DNA of 64,000 nt from Candidatus Delongbacteria bacterium (lineage in GTDB: Bacteria > CAIWAD01). The translations under genes and the position numbers were made by a program. The stretch spans positions 480,001-544,000 of the forward strand of contig OY760505.1 in assembly GCA_963663545.1 (NCBI GenBank). Direction: 5' to 3'. Numbering within the stretch: position 1 is the stretch's first letter; the number at the start of each line of letters is the position of its first letter. This document shows positions 38,970 to 48,194 of the stretch, one piece after another. Below the pieces are notes generated by a model that saw only the letters and a list, made by a program, of their open reading frames with translations, was not told where the DNA came from and did no database searches.

Positions 38970-41402
38970 CTAGAAACTGACGCGCACTCCCGCGTAGAGG
39001 CTTCGGCCCAGCAGCGGTCCGTACACAAAAGCGGCGTCATCGGTGTGCTTCTCTTCCTGAAGCACATTACTCAGGTTGGTACCGCCGATGTAGACCCTGT
39101 AGCCCTGCGGGAAGCTATAGCCCAGTTGCGCACTAAACAGCAGCATCTCTTCTGTCTCGTGGATCTTGCTGCCAGGGTTGTCAAGATCGCCGTCGGCGGC
39201 GTAATCGATGTACATCGCGCCTGTGTAGCGACTCTCCAGCATGCCCGTCCACGGCCCCTGGATCCAATCCAGGCGCAGCGCGCCACTCAAACCAGGGAAG
39301 CGACTGAGGTAGCGGCTGTCGTCCTCGTAAGGCGTGTTCAGCCAGTCTTCACGTACGTTGTCGTATTCGCCGTGGAAAAAGCTCAGACTGGGACGCAGTT
39401 TCAGCGTGTGATACAAAGGCACCTCGGCCCCCAGATCGAGCCCCAGCACGGTGGCGTCATCGACGTTGACGTACTCATAATGGTAGCCGCGCGCACTGGC
39501 ATTCTCGCCAGCATCATGAATGCCTATGGCCCCCAGCAGTCGCGTGGCGTACATGTTCAGGCTGAGCGCGTACCCTAGGCGAGCGTAATCTGCGCTGAAG
39601 GAGAAGCTGCGGCTGCGCTCGGGCTCCAGGTCACCGCCCTTCCAGACACGTGGCGAACCGGAACACAGGTGGAGGTCTTCTGAAAAGCCGAAGGGCACTT
39701 TGAAGCCTGTGCCGAAGCTCGCCCTGAGTGTCAGCTCGGAAAGCGGCACCCACTTCAGCGCCAGCCGCGGATTCACGCTGCGCTCGTCGTATTCGACAGA
39801 CTCGAAGACCTGGTGCAACTCGGCTTCGGTAGCCGCAAATCGATCCTCGCTGTCGTGGAAGTCGGCGCGAAGGCCAGCCACCAGCTCCCAGGCGGGAGCG
39901 AAGGCCCATTCGTCCTGCAGCATGACGCCCAGATCCAGCGCCTGCTTCTCGCCGCGTGAAGTGTAATCTAGCCCGTACTGGGCATCGGCTTCGTCCACAA
40001 TCACATAGCGGCCCGACTCCTCCACTTCGTCGCGCGAGACCTGCACCCCGGCCATCAGGCGATGTTCTCCCAGCGTCTGGTAGTAGTGCGCGCCCCCCAC
40101 CCACATGCGCTCAGTGGCCAAGTAGGGGCGCATGGACTCAACAGCGGGCTCGGCGCCGTTGTGTGTCACGATGTAATCGTTCAGGTAGGTGTCATTGGTG
40201 GCGGTTCGATTGTGCTTCACCAGCGCCAGATTCAGATCCAGTTCGCCCTTGCTCCCAACGGGGAGCAAATAGCCCAAGGTGGCCGAGGTGCGCTCGGTGT
40301 CAATGTGCTCCGTGCCCGACGAGTAGGGATTCAAGTATTGATCATTCAACATCACACCGCCGTAGCGGAACTCATTCATGTAGTGCAGGCGCAGACTAAG
40401 TTCGTCGCAGCTGTGCGCCACTCCGCTAAGAAAGACATTGGCTCCCACATTGCGCAGATTGGACTGCACGCGGTCGCTGACGCCGTCCTTGCCCTCCACT
40501 TCGCTGCGGCCAACGCCATCGCGGGTTTCATCCAGCGCATCCTCATTGTTGATCTGGGCGAAAAGCCGAAGGCTGGCATTTCCTCGCACCAGGGCAGCGG
40601 AAGCGTCAAGCTGGCGAGTCCCCTGATCACCGGCTTCCAGCCCGATACTTATGGCATCAGCGCTGGGACGCTCGCTGATAATGTTGATGGCCCCGGCAAT
40701 GGCGCTCGATCCGTACAGGGCCGATCCCGCGCCGCGCACGATCTCGATGCGGTCCACCTCGGTGGAGGAAAACTGCTCCAGCCCATAGACCGCAGCCAGC
40801 CCCGAATACACCGGCATGCCGTCCATCAACACCTGAGTATGATCTGCGCCCAAGCCGTTCATGCGCACCATGGAGAAATTGCAGGCTTGGCACTGCTCCT
40901 CCACACGTAGCCCCGGAGCGGTTTCCAGGGCCTCGTAGAGGTTGGCCGCCGAGCGCATTTCGAAATCGCGCGCCGTCAGAACTTCGGTACGCACGGGCAC
41001 ATCCTGAACAAAACGTGGTGTGCGGGTGCCGGTAACAACCACCGGATTCAGGCTGAACGCATCGGGCACCAGCTCAACACGCAATCCATCTTGTTGCTGT
41101 GAAGGCACACTCAGCGCAAGCGCCTGCGAAGCATAGCCCAGATGTGTGATCAGCAGCCGTAACTCACCCCGACCCAACTCTTCAATCACGAAATGGCCGT
41201 CCAGATCGGTGGCAGCGCCCTTGCGGCTACCCTCCACAACCACGTTGGCGGCCGTAAGGGCCTGACCGGTTGCGGCGTCAACAACGCTCCCGTGCAGCCT
41301 GAATCCACTTGCCAGGGTCACCTGTGACCCTGCAAGCGTCAAGAAGAGCACCACAAGCAGATTCTCTGCAATGCCGTGCGAGGAATAAATAATGGAACTC
41401 AT
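38970..41402 (-). CDS. TonB-dependent receptor (CirA/FepA-like) with Cys motifs
   Basis: VVVTGTRT TonB-box region, DRIEIVRGAGSALYGSSAIAGAINII plug, LRASFGTGFK, C-terminal Phe. Also CQAC and DLHLCSG. Confidence 0.94.
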   Translation of the reverse strand: MSSIIYSSHGIAENLLVVLFLTLAGSQVTLASGFRLHGSVVDAATGQALTAANVVVEGSRKGAATDLDGHFVIEELGRGELRLLITHLGYASQALALSVPSQQQDGLRVELVPDAFSLNPVVVTGTRTPRFVQDVPVRTEVLTARDFEMRSAANLYEALETAPGLRVEEQCQACNFSMVRMNGLGADHTQVLMDGMPVYSGLAAVYGLEQFSSTEVDRIEIVRGAGSALYGSSAIAGAINIISERPSADAISIGLEAGDQGTRQLDASAALVRGNASLRLFAQINNEDALDETRDGVGRSEVEGKDGVSDRVQSNLRNVGANVFLSGVAHSCDELSLRLHYMNEFRYGGVMLNDQYLNPYSSGTEHIDTERTSATLGYLLPVGSKGELDLNLALVKHNRTATNDTYLNDYIVTHNGAEPAVESMRPYLATERMWVGGAHYYQTLGEHRLMAGVQVSRDEVEESGRYVIVDEADAQYGLDYTSRGEKQALDLGVMLQDEWAFAPAWELVAGLRADFHDSEDRFAATEAELHQVFESVEYDERSVNPRLALKWVPLSELTLRASFGTGFKVPFGFSEDLHLCSGSPRVWKGGDLEPERSRSFSFSADYARLGYALSLNMYATRLLGAIGIHDAGENASARGYHYEYVNVDDATVLGLDLGAEVPLYHTLKLRPSLSFFHGEYDNVREDWLNTPYEDDSRYLSRFPGLSGALRLDWIQGPWTGMLESRYTGAMYIDYAADGDLDNPGSKIHETEEMLLFSAQLGYSFPQGYRVYIGGTNLSNVLQEEKHTDDAAFVYGPLLGRSLYAGVRVSF

Positions 41403-41452
41403 GAAGGTCTCCAGCTTGCAGGGGAAGATGCGCTATCCGACACGTCGTCGCC

Positions 41453-41566
41453 TATAGGAGTACTTGAATGTTCTGTCCAACGAATCGCCAATCAAATGAT
41501 TGCAATATCAGCATTTACGATAGATCCGGGCAAAGAGGTTGGACAGAACTTCTGAGTACTCCTATA
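41453..41566. mobile_element. MITE-like element / long inverted repeat (114 bp)
   Basis: Arms TATAGGAGTACT-n5-GTTCTGTCCAAC (41453-41481) and GTTGGACAGAAC-n5-AGTACTCCTATA (41538-41566). Both ends terminate in TA and there is no coding capacity. Confidence 0.5.
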
Positions 41567-42024
41567 TGCAGAATCTCTCTGGGCGACTCGTCTTCTAGTT
41601 GTCAACCCTTCTTCGTTTCACCTAAGTTTGAAGGCAAAAAAAGAGCACAAACCGCAAGAATACAAGCGCGCGCCTTGCCTGAAAACGGACCCTCACATCC
41701 ACTGAGACCTTGCTGATCCTGCTCTGACAGTGAGTGTGGCACAACTGTTACTTCCTTGGCTGGTATGGCATGAGGCATGAGAAACTTCCGTTAGAACTGC
41801 TTTTGTTTGCCTTGGCGCACATTCTACTTCTTTCCTCTGCTTCTGTCAAGACCTTAACAGCCACTCCTACTCGTAGGCGATCCTTCCTTCGATGAAGACG
41901 TGCCGCAGCCACTTACCGCACATCCTGCACCTGCTAGCGAAATGCCATCGTCTTGTGTTACGAGCCCTGTGAGCTGGCGAGTGAAGTCCTCTCTTCATCC
42001 AGTCAACACGCGGGTGAGTGGGAA

Positions 42025-42095
42025 ATCGATAGCGATCCAACCCAAAGGGTTGACACCGATACCGATCCAACCCAAAGGGTTGGCAGCGATGCCGA
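42025..42095 (+). repeat. REP-like element: CGATA(C/G) flanks around two CCAACCC-AAA-GGGTTG(G) hairpins
   Basis: ATCGATAGCGAT-CCAACCCAAAGGGTTG-ACACCGATACCGAT-CCAACCCAAAGGGTTGG-CAGCGATGCCGA. Confidence 0.75.
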
Positions 42096-42126
42096 AGCTA
42101 TGTAGGACAGATACATTACTCCCACC

Positions 42127-43143
42127 ATGAGTAAGCAAGAAATCATTCGGGTACTGTTACTGGCGGACACGCATCTGGGATTCGATCTGCCCCGCCATCC
42201 GCGCAGCAATCGTCGTCTGCGCGGGCCGGATTTTTTCGACTGCACTCGTGCGGCACTGTCGCCTGCACTGCGGGGTGATGCGGATCTTGTGATACACGGC
42301 GGCGATTTACTCTATCGTTCCAAAGTTCGAGCAGGGCTGGTGCAGGCCGCACTTGAGCCGCTGCTGGAAGTCGCCGATACCGGCGTGCCTGTGCTGCTTG
42401 TGCCGGGCAATCACGAGCGCGGCGCCATTCCCTTTCCGCTGTTGACGGGCCATCCACATCTGCACATCCTGCATCACACGCGGACACAGGTGCTCAAGGT
42501 GGACAAGTACACGATTGCCTTGGGCGGTTGGCCTTATCACCGCGAGGCGGGGCTGCGTTTTCGCAAGCTGCTGGCTGAAAGCACGCTTTGTGATACACAG
42601 GCCGATCTGCGCCTGCTCTGCGTGCATCAGGCCTTTGCGGGCGCGCGCGTGGAGGGATTTCGCTTTCGCGCCGATGCGCAGACCATCGATGCACGACAGC
42701 TTCCAACCGGAATCGCCGCCGTTCTCAGTGGGCACATCCACCGCTGGCAAGTGCTGGAAGAAGCCCCGGACGGCAGTCGGTTGGCGGCTCCGCTGATCTA
42801 TCCCGGATCGGTGGAACGCTGCTCCCACGCCGAAGAGGAGGAAGAAAAACTGGCGCTGCTGCTGCACTTTCTTCCCGACGCGCAAGGAGGGAGGCTGCAG
42901 CAAATCACGCCGGTTCCGCTACCCGCCAGGCCGATGCTGAGTATCACGCTTCCAACGGATTTCGATCGTGACACACTGATCAAACTGCTGGCTCCGCTGC
43001 CCGAAAACAGTGTGCTGCGCCTGCGTGTCACAGCATCACCTGCTGCAGAGCAACTCAAGCTGCTCTCCTCCAGCTACCTGCGTGAACTGGCTCCCTACAT
43101 GAACATCAGCCTGAGCGGACTGGCAAAAACGAAAACGGGGTGA
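42127..43143 (+). CDS. SbcD/Mre11-like metallophosphoesterase (DNA repair exonuclease)
   Basis: ADTHLG, GGDLL, PGNHE, CVHQ, SGHIH and YPGSVER motifs. Confidence 0.88.
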   Translation: MSKQEIIRVLLLADTHLGFDLPRHPRSNRRLRGPDFFDCTRAALSPALRGDADLVIHGGDLLYRSKVRAGLVQAALEPLLEVADTGVPVLLVPGNHERGAIPFPLLTGHPHLHILHHTRTQVLKVDKYTIALGGWPYHREAGLRFRKLLAESTLCDTQADLRLLCVHQAFAGARVEGFRFRADAQTIDARQLPTGIAAVLSGHIHRWQVLEEAPDGSRLAAPLIYPGSVERCSHAEEEEEKLALLLHFLPDAQGGRLQQITPVPLPARPMLSITLPTDFDRDTLIKLLAPLPENSVLRLRVTASPAAEQLKLLSSSYLRELAPYMNISLSGLAKTKTG

Positions 43144-43192
43144 ACACACAAGGCATCACCCCACATCTTTGTGTCACAACTCGAGCACCGCG

Positions 43193-44503
43193 CTAGGGAT
43201 GATTTCCATAGGCAACGCGGAAACCAAGATCCCAGGCAGATTCCAGAGGATCGTCACTCTTGCGGTAGGCGCTGCAGACCTGAACCTCGTAGCTGCTCCA
43301 GCCACCACCGCGTATCACGCGCTCATCGCCCGTATCCGGTCCTAGCGGATTTGTGTCCGTACCGCCCTCGTAATCGTCAGCCCAGTCCTGCACCCATTCG
43401 CCGACATTGCCAGCCATGTCCAGGAATCCCAATTCGCTGGCTCCACTGCTGTAGATGCCAACGGGCTGACTCCAGCCGACGCAGATATCGGCTCCGTCGC
43501 GGAAATTCGTGTAAGAGCAACTCGCGTCCTCATCGCCCCAGGGAAAAAGACGCCCATCGGGTTGACGCGCCGCAAACTCCCACTCCGCCTCCGTCGGCAA
43601 ACGCCAGCCGGTGTAGTCGTAGGGATTTTGCTCGTATTCCTCGTTCCAGTTGCTGCCGTATAGCGGCTGGCGGCCGTCCATCACGCTAAGCCAGTCGCAG
43701 TAGGCGGCCGCCCCGTACCAACTTAAGCCCTTGACCGGATGTCGCCAGACGTTGTAGCCCTCGGGGAAAGCGTAGTCGACGGTGCTGTATTCGGAAGCAC
43801 GCAGCAAGAAGAGATCGTGCTCTTCACTGTACCAGATTTCACTGGCATCGTCGCCGGTGTCCAACAAGTAGACGCCGCGTCCGCGCAGGGAGCCATTGTT
43901 GGGATTGATCGAAAGTGCCCAGGTGGAATCGTCGCGCAGGTTCTGCCAGGCCCAGTTGAGGGCGCAGAGGTATTCGCCGTTGCTGACTTCTGTTCTGCCA
44001 AGGGCGTAGGCGGCATTCAAGTCGACCCAGTGGCTCGCCTGTTCCAGGCTGCTTAACCCCATCTGGAAACCACCGGCGCTCACGCTTACAAGTTCTGGCT
44101 GCAACTGGAAGCTGGACGGCAGTACCGTCAATTCCAGCCAATCGCTGTCCTCATCCTCGTGGCAGTCGCGCACCTCAAGCGTGATACGCACCAGCTGGGC
44201 TTCCTCCCAACTGACCTGCTGCAGACTGTCGCTGCCCCAGGCGGTATCGAAGTCGCCATCGCCATCCAGATCCCAGCGTACTTCGAGGCTGTCCTCCGGG
44301 CTGGTGCCGTCCCACGTGGCCGCCGCATTCAATACGATGGTCTCGCCTGTTTCGGCCCACACACGCGAGAGGCTGAACTGCGCCTCGATGGGACTCGTGC
44401 TGCTGTCGTCATCGCTGCAAGCATTCAGTGCCAGCAAAAAGAGACAGCCGGTCAGAAGCCGGCTGCCACGTAGTAATTGTCTGCTCATCATCCATCCTTC
44501 CAT
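43193..44503 (-). CDS. Lipoprotein with PKD-like domain and FGE-sulfatase (SUMF1) domain
   Basis: LNAC lipobox, RWDLDGDGDFDT, EVSNGEY, RLPTEAEWEFAAR, DMAGNVGEW, RGGGW and LGFR. Start may be 44491 or 44488. Confidence 0.88.
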   Translation of the reverse strand: MEGWMMSRQLLRGSRLLTGCLFLLALNACSDDDSSTSPIEAQFSLSRVWAETGETIVLNAAATWDGTSPEDSLEVRWDLDGDGDFDTAWGSDSLQQVSWEEAQLVRITLEVRDCHEDEDSDWLELTVLPSSFQLQPELVSVSAGGFQMGLSSLEQASHWVDLNAAYALGRTEVSNGEYLCALNWAWQNLRDDSTWALSINPNNGSLRGRGVYLLDTGDDASEIWYSEEHDLFLLRASEYSTVDYAFPEGYNVWRHPVKGLSWYGAAAYCDWLSVMDGRQPLYGSNWNEEYEQNPYDYTGWRLPTEAEWEFAARQPDGRLFPWGDEDASCSYTNFRDGADICVGWSQPVGIYSSGASELGFLDMAGNVGEWVQDWADDYEGGTDTNPLGPDTGDERVIRGGGWSSYEVQVCSAYRKSDDPLESAWDLGFRVAYGNHP

Positions 44504-44509
44504 CAGCGC

Positions 44510-44935
44510 TCAGCCCTTGGGAATCAGCAGATCCTGCTGGGAAAAGAAGAAGTCAACTTCGATCTGGCCGTTCTCCACGCTGTCGCTGCCGTGCACGGCG
44601 TTGCGCGTCATGCTTTCAGCAAATAGACGGCGGATGGTGCCTTCGGCGGCCTCTTCGGGATTGGTCGCGCCAATCAGGCGTCGCGCTCGGGCCACGGCGT
44701 TCTCGCCCTGCAAAGCCACCACAACGACGGGGCCGGAGGTCATGTACTCGACGAGGCGACTGAAGAACTCCTTGCCCTTGTGCACGGCGTAGAACTGCTC
44801 CGCCATGTTGCCGCACATGCGGGTCAGGCGCAGGCCCACGCACTCCAGGCCGCGATCATCGACCATGCTCAGAATCTTGCCGATGATGCCGCGTTCGACG
44901 GCGTCGGGCTTGATCATCAGTAGCGTTTGCTCCAT
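44510..44935 (-). CDS. ndk: Nucleoside diphosphate kinase
   Basis: TLLMIKPDAV, FYAVHKGKEFF, GATNP, GTIR and NAVHGSDS. ATG 44935 with GGAGG RBS. Confidence 0.97.
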   Translation of the reverse strand: MEQTLLMIKPDAVERGIIGKILSMVDDRGLECVGLRLTRMCGNMAEQFYAVHKGKEFFSRLVEYMTSGPVVVVALQGENAVARARRLIGATNPEEAAEGTIRRLFAESMTRNAVHGSDSVENGQIEVDFFFSQQDLLIPKG

Positions 44936-44975
44936 GCTTCCTCCAAGGGATGTGCCCGGAGCACGAGCTACGCAC

Positions 44976-45917
44976 TCAGGCAATGATGGATGTGCCGCCC
45001 TGCCCCTGCAGCGCGGCGGCGAGACCGTCGAAGTCGGTGATTACGCAACGCCTACCACCGTTTTCGACAAAGCGGATGGCCGCCTTGATCTTGGGCCCCA
45101 TGCTGCCTGCAGGAAATTGGTCTTCGGCCAGGTACCGGCGCGCTTCGCTGATGCTGAGCTGATCCAGGTCAACCTGCTTGGGACTGCCCCAATCCAGCGA
45201 AACTTTGGAAACGCCCGTCAGGATGAATAGTTCCTCAGCGTCCAGTCCATTCGCCAGAAGTGCGCTGCAGCCGTCCTTGTCGATGACAGCGTCCACGCCT
45301 TCCAGATGGCCCTTTTCGTCACGGTAGCAGGGAATGCCGCCACCGCCGCCAGCGATGACCACCACTCCGCTCTCGACCAGCTGGCGTATCACGCCCAGGT
45401 TGACGATTTCAAGCGGATTGGGACTGCCCACAACGCGACGCCAGCCGCGACCTCGATCCTCGCGCAGCACCCAACCCAGCTCCTGCCGATAGCGCATGGC
45501 CTCTTCGACCGAATAGAACTGACCGACAAACTTGGTCGGCTCCAGCAGAGCGGGATCGTCCTTGTCCACCAGCACCTGCGTCAACACAGTGGCCACCTGG
45601 CGGTCGTAGTTGTGATCGTGCAGGTAATTCTGCAGGCTCTGCTCGATCATGTATCCCATCGAACCCTGGGTATCTGCCACCAGAACGCCCAGCGGCAACT
45701 CGGGCACGGCAGAGAGCGAAAGCTCTACGCGCCTGAGCATGTTGCCGACCTGAGGGCCGTTTCCGTGGGTGATAACCAGGCGCACTCCTTCGTCCAGCAA
45801 AGGACGCAGGTAGCGCAGGCTACGGCGGGTATTGGCGAATTCGTCGTAAATCGTATCGCCACTGCCGCTGGAAATGGCGTTTCCGCCCAGGGCGATGACA
45901 ATGCTTCGCGTGCTCAT
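44976..45917 (-). CDS. arcC: Carbamate kinase
   Basis: IALGGNA, THGNGPQVG, PTKFVG, GGGGIP, AVIDKD and GSMGPK. Confidence 0.95.
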   Translation of the reverse strand: MSTRSIVIALGGNAISSGSGDTIYDEFANTRRSLRYLRPLLDEGVRLVITHGNGPQVGNMLRRVELSLSAVPELPLGVLVADTQGSMGYMIEQSLQNYLHDHNYDRQVATVLTQVLVDKDDPALLEPTKFVGQFYSVEEAMRYRQELGWVLREDRGRGWRRVVGSPNPLEIVNLGVIRQLVESGVVVIAGGGGGIPCYRDEKGHLEGVDAVIDKDGCSALLANGLDAEELFILTGVSKVSLDWGSPKQVDLDQLSISEARRYLAEDQFPAGSMGPKIKAAIRFVENGGRRCVITDFDGLAAALQGQGGTSIIA

Positions 45918-45994
45918 CTCACCTCACATTCTGAAAAAGGCAGAATATAAGGTATGCGCGCCTGAGGACGATGCAGATTTCGTGCAGAAGAGAA

Positions 45995-46360
45995 TTAGGC
46001 CTTGCCCCGCTTCTGCAGGACTTCCAGAATGGTATTCTTCAAGGCTTTCATGTCCATGGATTTCACCAGATAGGCATCGGCGAGCCAACTTGAGAAATCC
46101 TCTTTATGGTGCGGATAGGCGCTGTTGATGATTACCGCTACCTCGTTGTCCTCGCTGACAATGCGGCTCATCGCCTCAAGACCGTCCATGCCCGGCATGC
46201 GAATATCCATGACAATCAAGTCCGGTTTGAAGCTGCGGGAAAGCTCAATGGCCATGTCGCCCGAATCCGCAAAGGCCAGCTCGTGACCGCTGTCCGCAAA
46301 CTCATCCTCGTACAGCAATCGGATGGCATGCTCATCATCTACGAACAGGATCTTCGCCAT
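45995..46360 (-). CDS. Single-domain response regulator (receiver)
   Basis: MAKILFVDDE, DLIVMDIRMPGMDG and YLVKS. ATG 46360 with GGAGG RBS, overlapping the kinase stop. Confidence 0.93.
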   Translation of the reverse strand: MAKILFVDDEHAIRLLYEDEFADSGHELAFADSGDMAIELSRSFKPDLIVMDIRMPGMDGLEAMSRIVSEDNEVAVIINSAYPHHKEDFSSWLADAYLVKSMDMKALKNTILEVLQKRGKA

Positions 46361-48179
46361 GATACCTCCAGGGAAGTTGGATTTCGAGAACGGCGCCACG
46401 TCCGGCTGAATTCGAAGTACCCAGTCGAACCGTACCACCGTGCTGGCCGGCAATTTCCCGGGCCAGCGGCAGCCCCAGTCCCAGAGCTGAATTGCGTGTC
46501 GTATAAAAGGGCTCAAAAACCTGCTCGCCGATGGTGGGCGGAATACCCGGACCATCGTCACTGAATTGCAGGGTCAGTGCCTCGTCGTTGACCGTCAACA
46601 GCATATCCAAGCGTGTACAAGCGCCGGGTTGCTCGAAGTTCAGATCCAGCACGTTCTGCAGCAAACAACGGAACAGCTGGCTCAAGCGCACAGGATCACC
46701 CCATAGGATCAACTCACGCGCCGGTGAGGTGAGTTCGGTGCGGATGCCCGCTGCTTGAAAATCCTCTTCCATGCGTTCGAGCGTCTGCTTGAGCAGCGCC
46801 AGCACGTCCAACTCGGCTTTGCGCAGTACCTGGGGATCGGCGTAATCCAAGAGCGCGTCCAGAATACGTTCGACGCGCATGCTTTCGCGATAGATGATGT
46901 CAGCGCGCTCGGCCCAGGCGGGACTGCTGTCCTTCAGCTCCTTGGTCAGCCGCCTCGAGAAGCCGCCAATGGCCACCACAGGCGTTTTCAGCTCGTGGGC
47001 CAGGTTGCTGGTCATGCGGCCAACGGCGGCCATCTTCTCGGCGCGAATCAGATTGGCACGACTTTGCGCCAGCGCTTCGTTCAGGGCCTCGAGCTGCTCG
47101 ATCTTGCGCCGCAGTTGCGAGTTCAGGCGATACCGTTCCAGCGCAAAACCCAGGTGGTAGGCGCAAGTGGAAACGCTCTCCAGATGGTCACGGCTGGGCT
47201 GGCGATTGGTGATGAGATTGTCCACCAAGATGAAGCCGATCCAGCGGCGACCGATGTCTGGAGCGGGACGGCGCACCGGCGCCAGCCAAGCTTCTTGGCT
47301 ACCTGTCATCCCTAACAGACAGACGGCACCGGCCTCGGGATGGGGACCCCGCTCGATGCGTGCTACACCTTCGCCATTTAGCGCTTCTCGCAAGTAGGCG
47401 GGCATTACCGAGGTGTGAAAACGAATACCACCGACCATCTGCTGAATGCGCGAAGTCAGCACTTCAGGCTCGTGACGGTGCAGAAGCTCGGCCAGGCTGA
47501 GTTGGCCCAGGTCGCGGCGTTGCCAGATCTGGTTGGCTTCGTCGCCGTCGATGGGGCCCAGCGCCATGCGACCAATGATTTCCTCTTCGACGCGCTCGAA
47601 ATAGAAGGCGCGGTTGAACTGCAATCCCTTGCCGAAAGTCAGGCTGGACAGCAGCACGTAAAGCATTTGCTGGCGGTCCACCGTCTGCTGCAGCCCTGCC
47701 AGCAGCTGATTGATAATGTCCAGCTGGTGCACGCGGCGAGTGAGCTCGTCACGCATGTGTCCCAAGTCGGACTCCAGCGCACTGATCCGCCGCTGCATCA
47801 CAAGCACGCGTGTATCACCGGGACGATCGGCGTCCATGGCGATGGCCTGCAACTCGAGCTGCACGTCGTTGCCGGCATCCAGCGTCAGACGCACCGGGCG
47901 CGCGTCGAGGAAGGCACTGGCCAGCGGGCAATCGTTCAGCATGCGCGGGCAAGCGACACATTGGCCGGATTCAATCTGCGACAAACAGGGGGAAAGGGGG
48001 ATCACGCTGTCCGGCTTGCTCTGCCAGATCAGCTCACGTCCGGGGTTGAACAGGAAGAGGTCGTAGGGCAGAAGTCGCGCCATGCTGACGAGATCCTCGG
48101 CGGACAGTTGCGCGGAACCTTGTACAAGATCTTGCATCGGGGCAGGTTTCCTGCTGGTTGATTCTAGAGCCAATATCAC
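46335..48179 (-). CDS. Cytoplasmic sensor histidine kinase (PAS-like/GAF-HisKA-HATPase)
   Basis: LAHELKTP H-box, DDGPGI, FEPFYTT and GLGL. Start uncertain (GTG 48179 or ATG 48137). Confidence 0.9.
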   Translation of the reverse strand: MILALESTSRKPAPMQDLVQGSAQLSAEDLVSMARLLPYDLFLFNPGRELIWQSKPDSVIPLSPCLSQIESGQCVACPRMLNDCPLASAFLDARPVRLTLDAGNDVQLELQAIAMDADRPGDTRVLVMQRRISALESDLGHMRDELTRRVHQLDIINQLLAGLQQTVDRQQMLYVLLSSLTFGKGLQFNRAFYFERVEEEIIGRMALGPIDGDEANQIWQRRDLGQLSLAELLHRHEPEVLTSRIQQMVGGIRFHTSVMPAYLREALNGEGVARIERGPHPEAGAVCLLGMTGSQEAWLAPVRRPAPDIGRRWIGFILVDNLITNRQPSRDHLESVSTCAYHLGFALERYRLNSQLRRKIEQLEALNEALAQSRANLIRAEKMAAVGRMTSNLAHELKTPVVAIGGFSRRLTKELKDSSPAWAERADIIYRESMRVERILDALLDYADPQVLRKAELDVLALLKQTLERMEEDFQAAGIRTELTSPARELILWGDPVRLSQLFRCLLQNVLDLNFEQPGACTRLDMLLTVNDEALTLQFSDDGPGIPPTIGEQVFEPFYTTRNSALGLGLPLAREIAGQHGGTVRLGTSNSAGRGAVLEIQLPWRYHGEDPVRR

Positions 48180-48194
48180 AGTTTTCAGGTCAAG

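Noticed and set aside
41403..42126. Cobalamin or other riboswitch upstream of the TonB receptor
   Set aside because: I could not identify the conserved B12-box elements by eye. An Rfam scan would be needed to exclude it fully.
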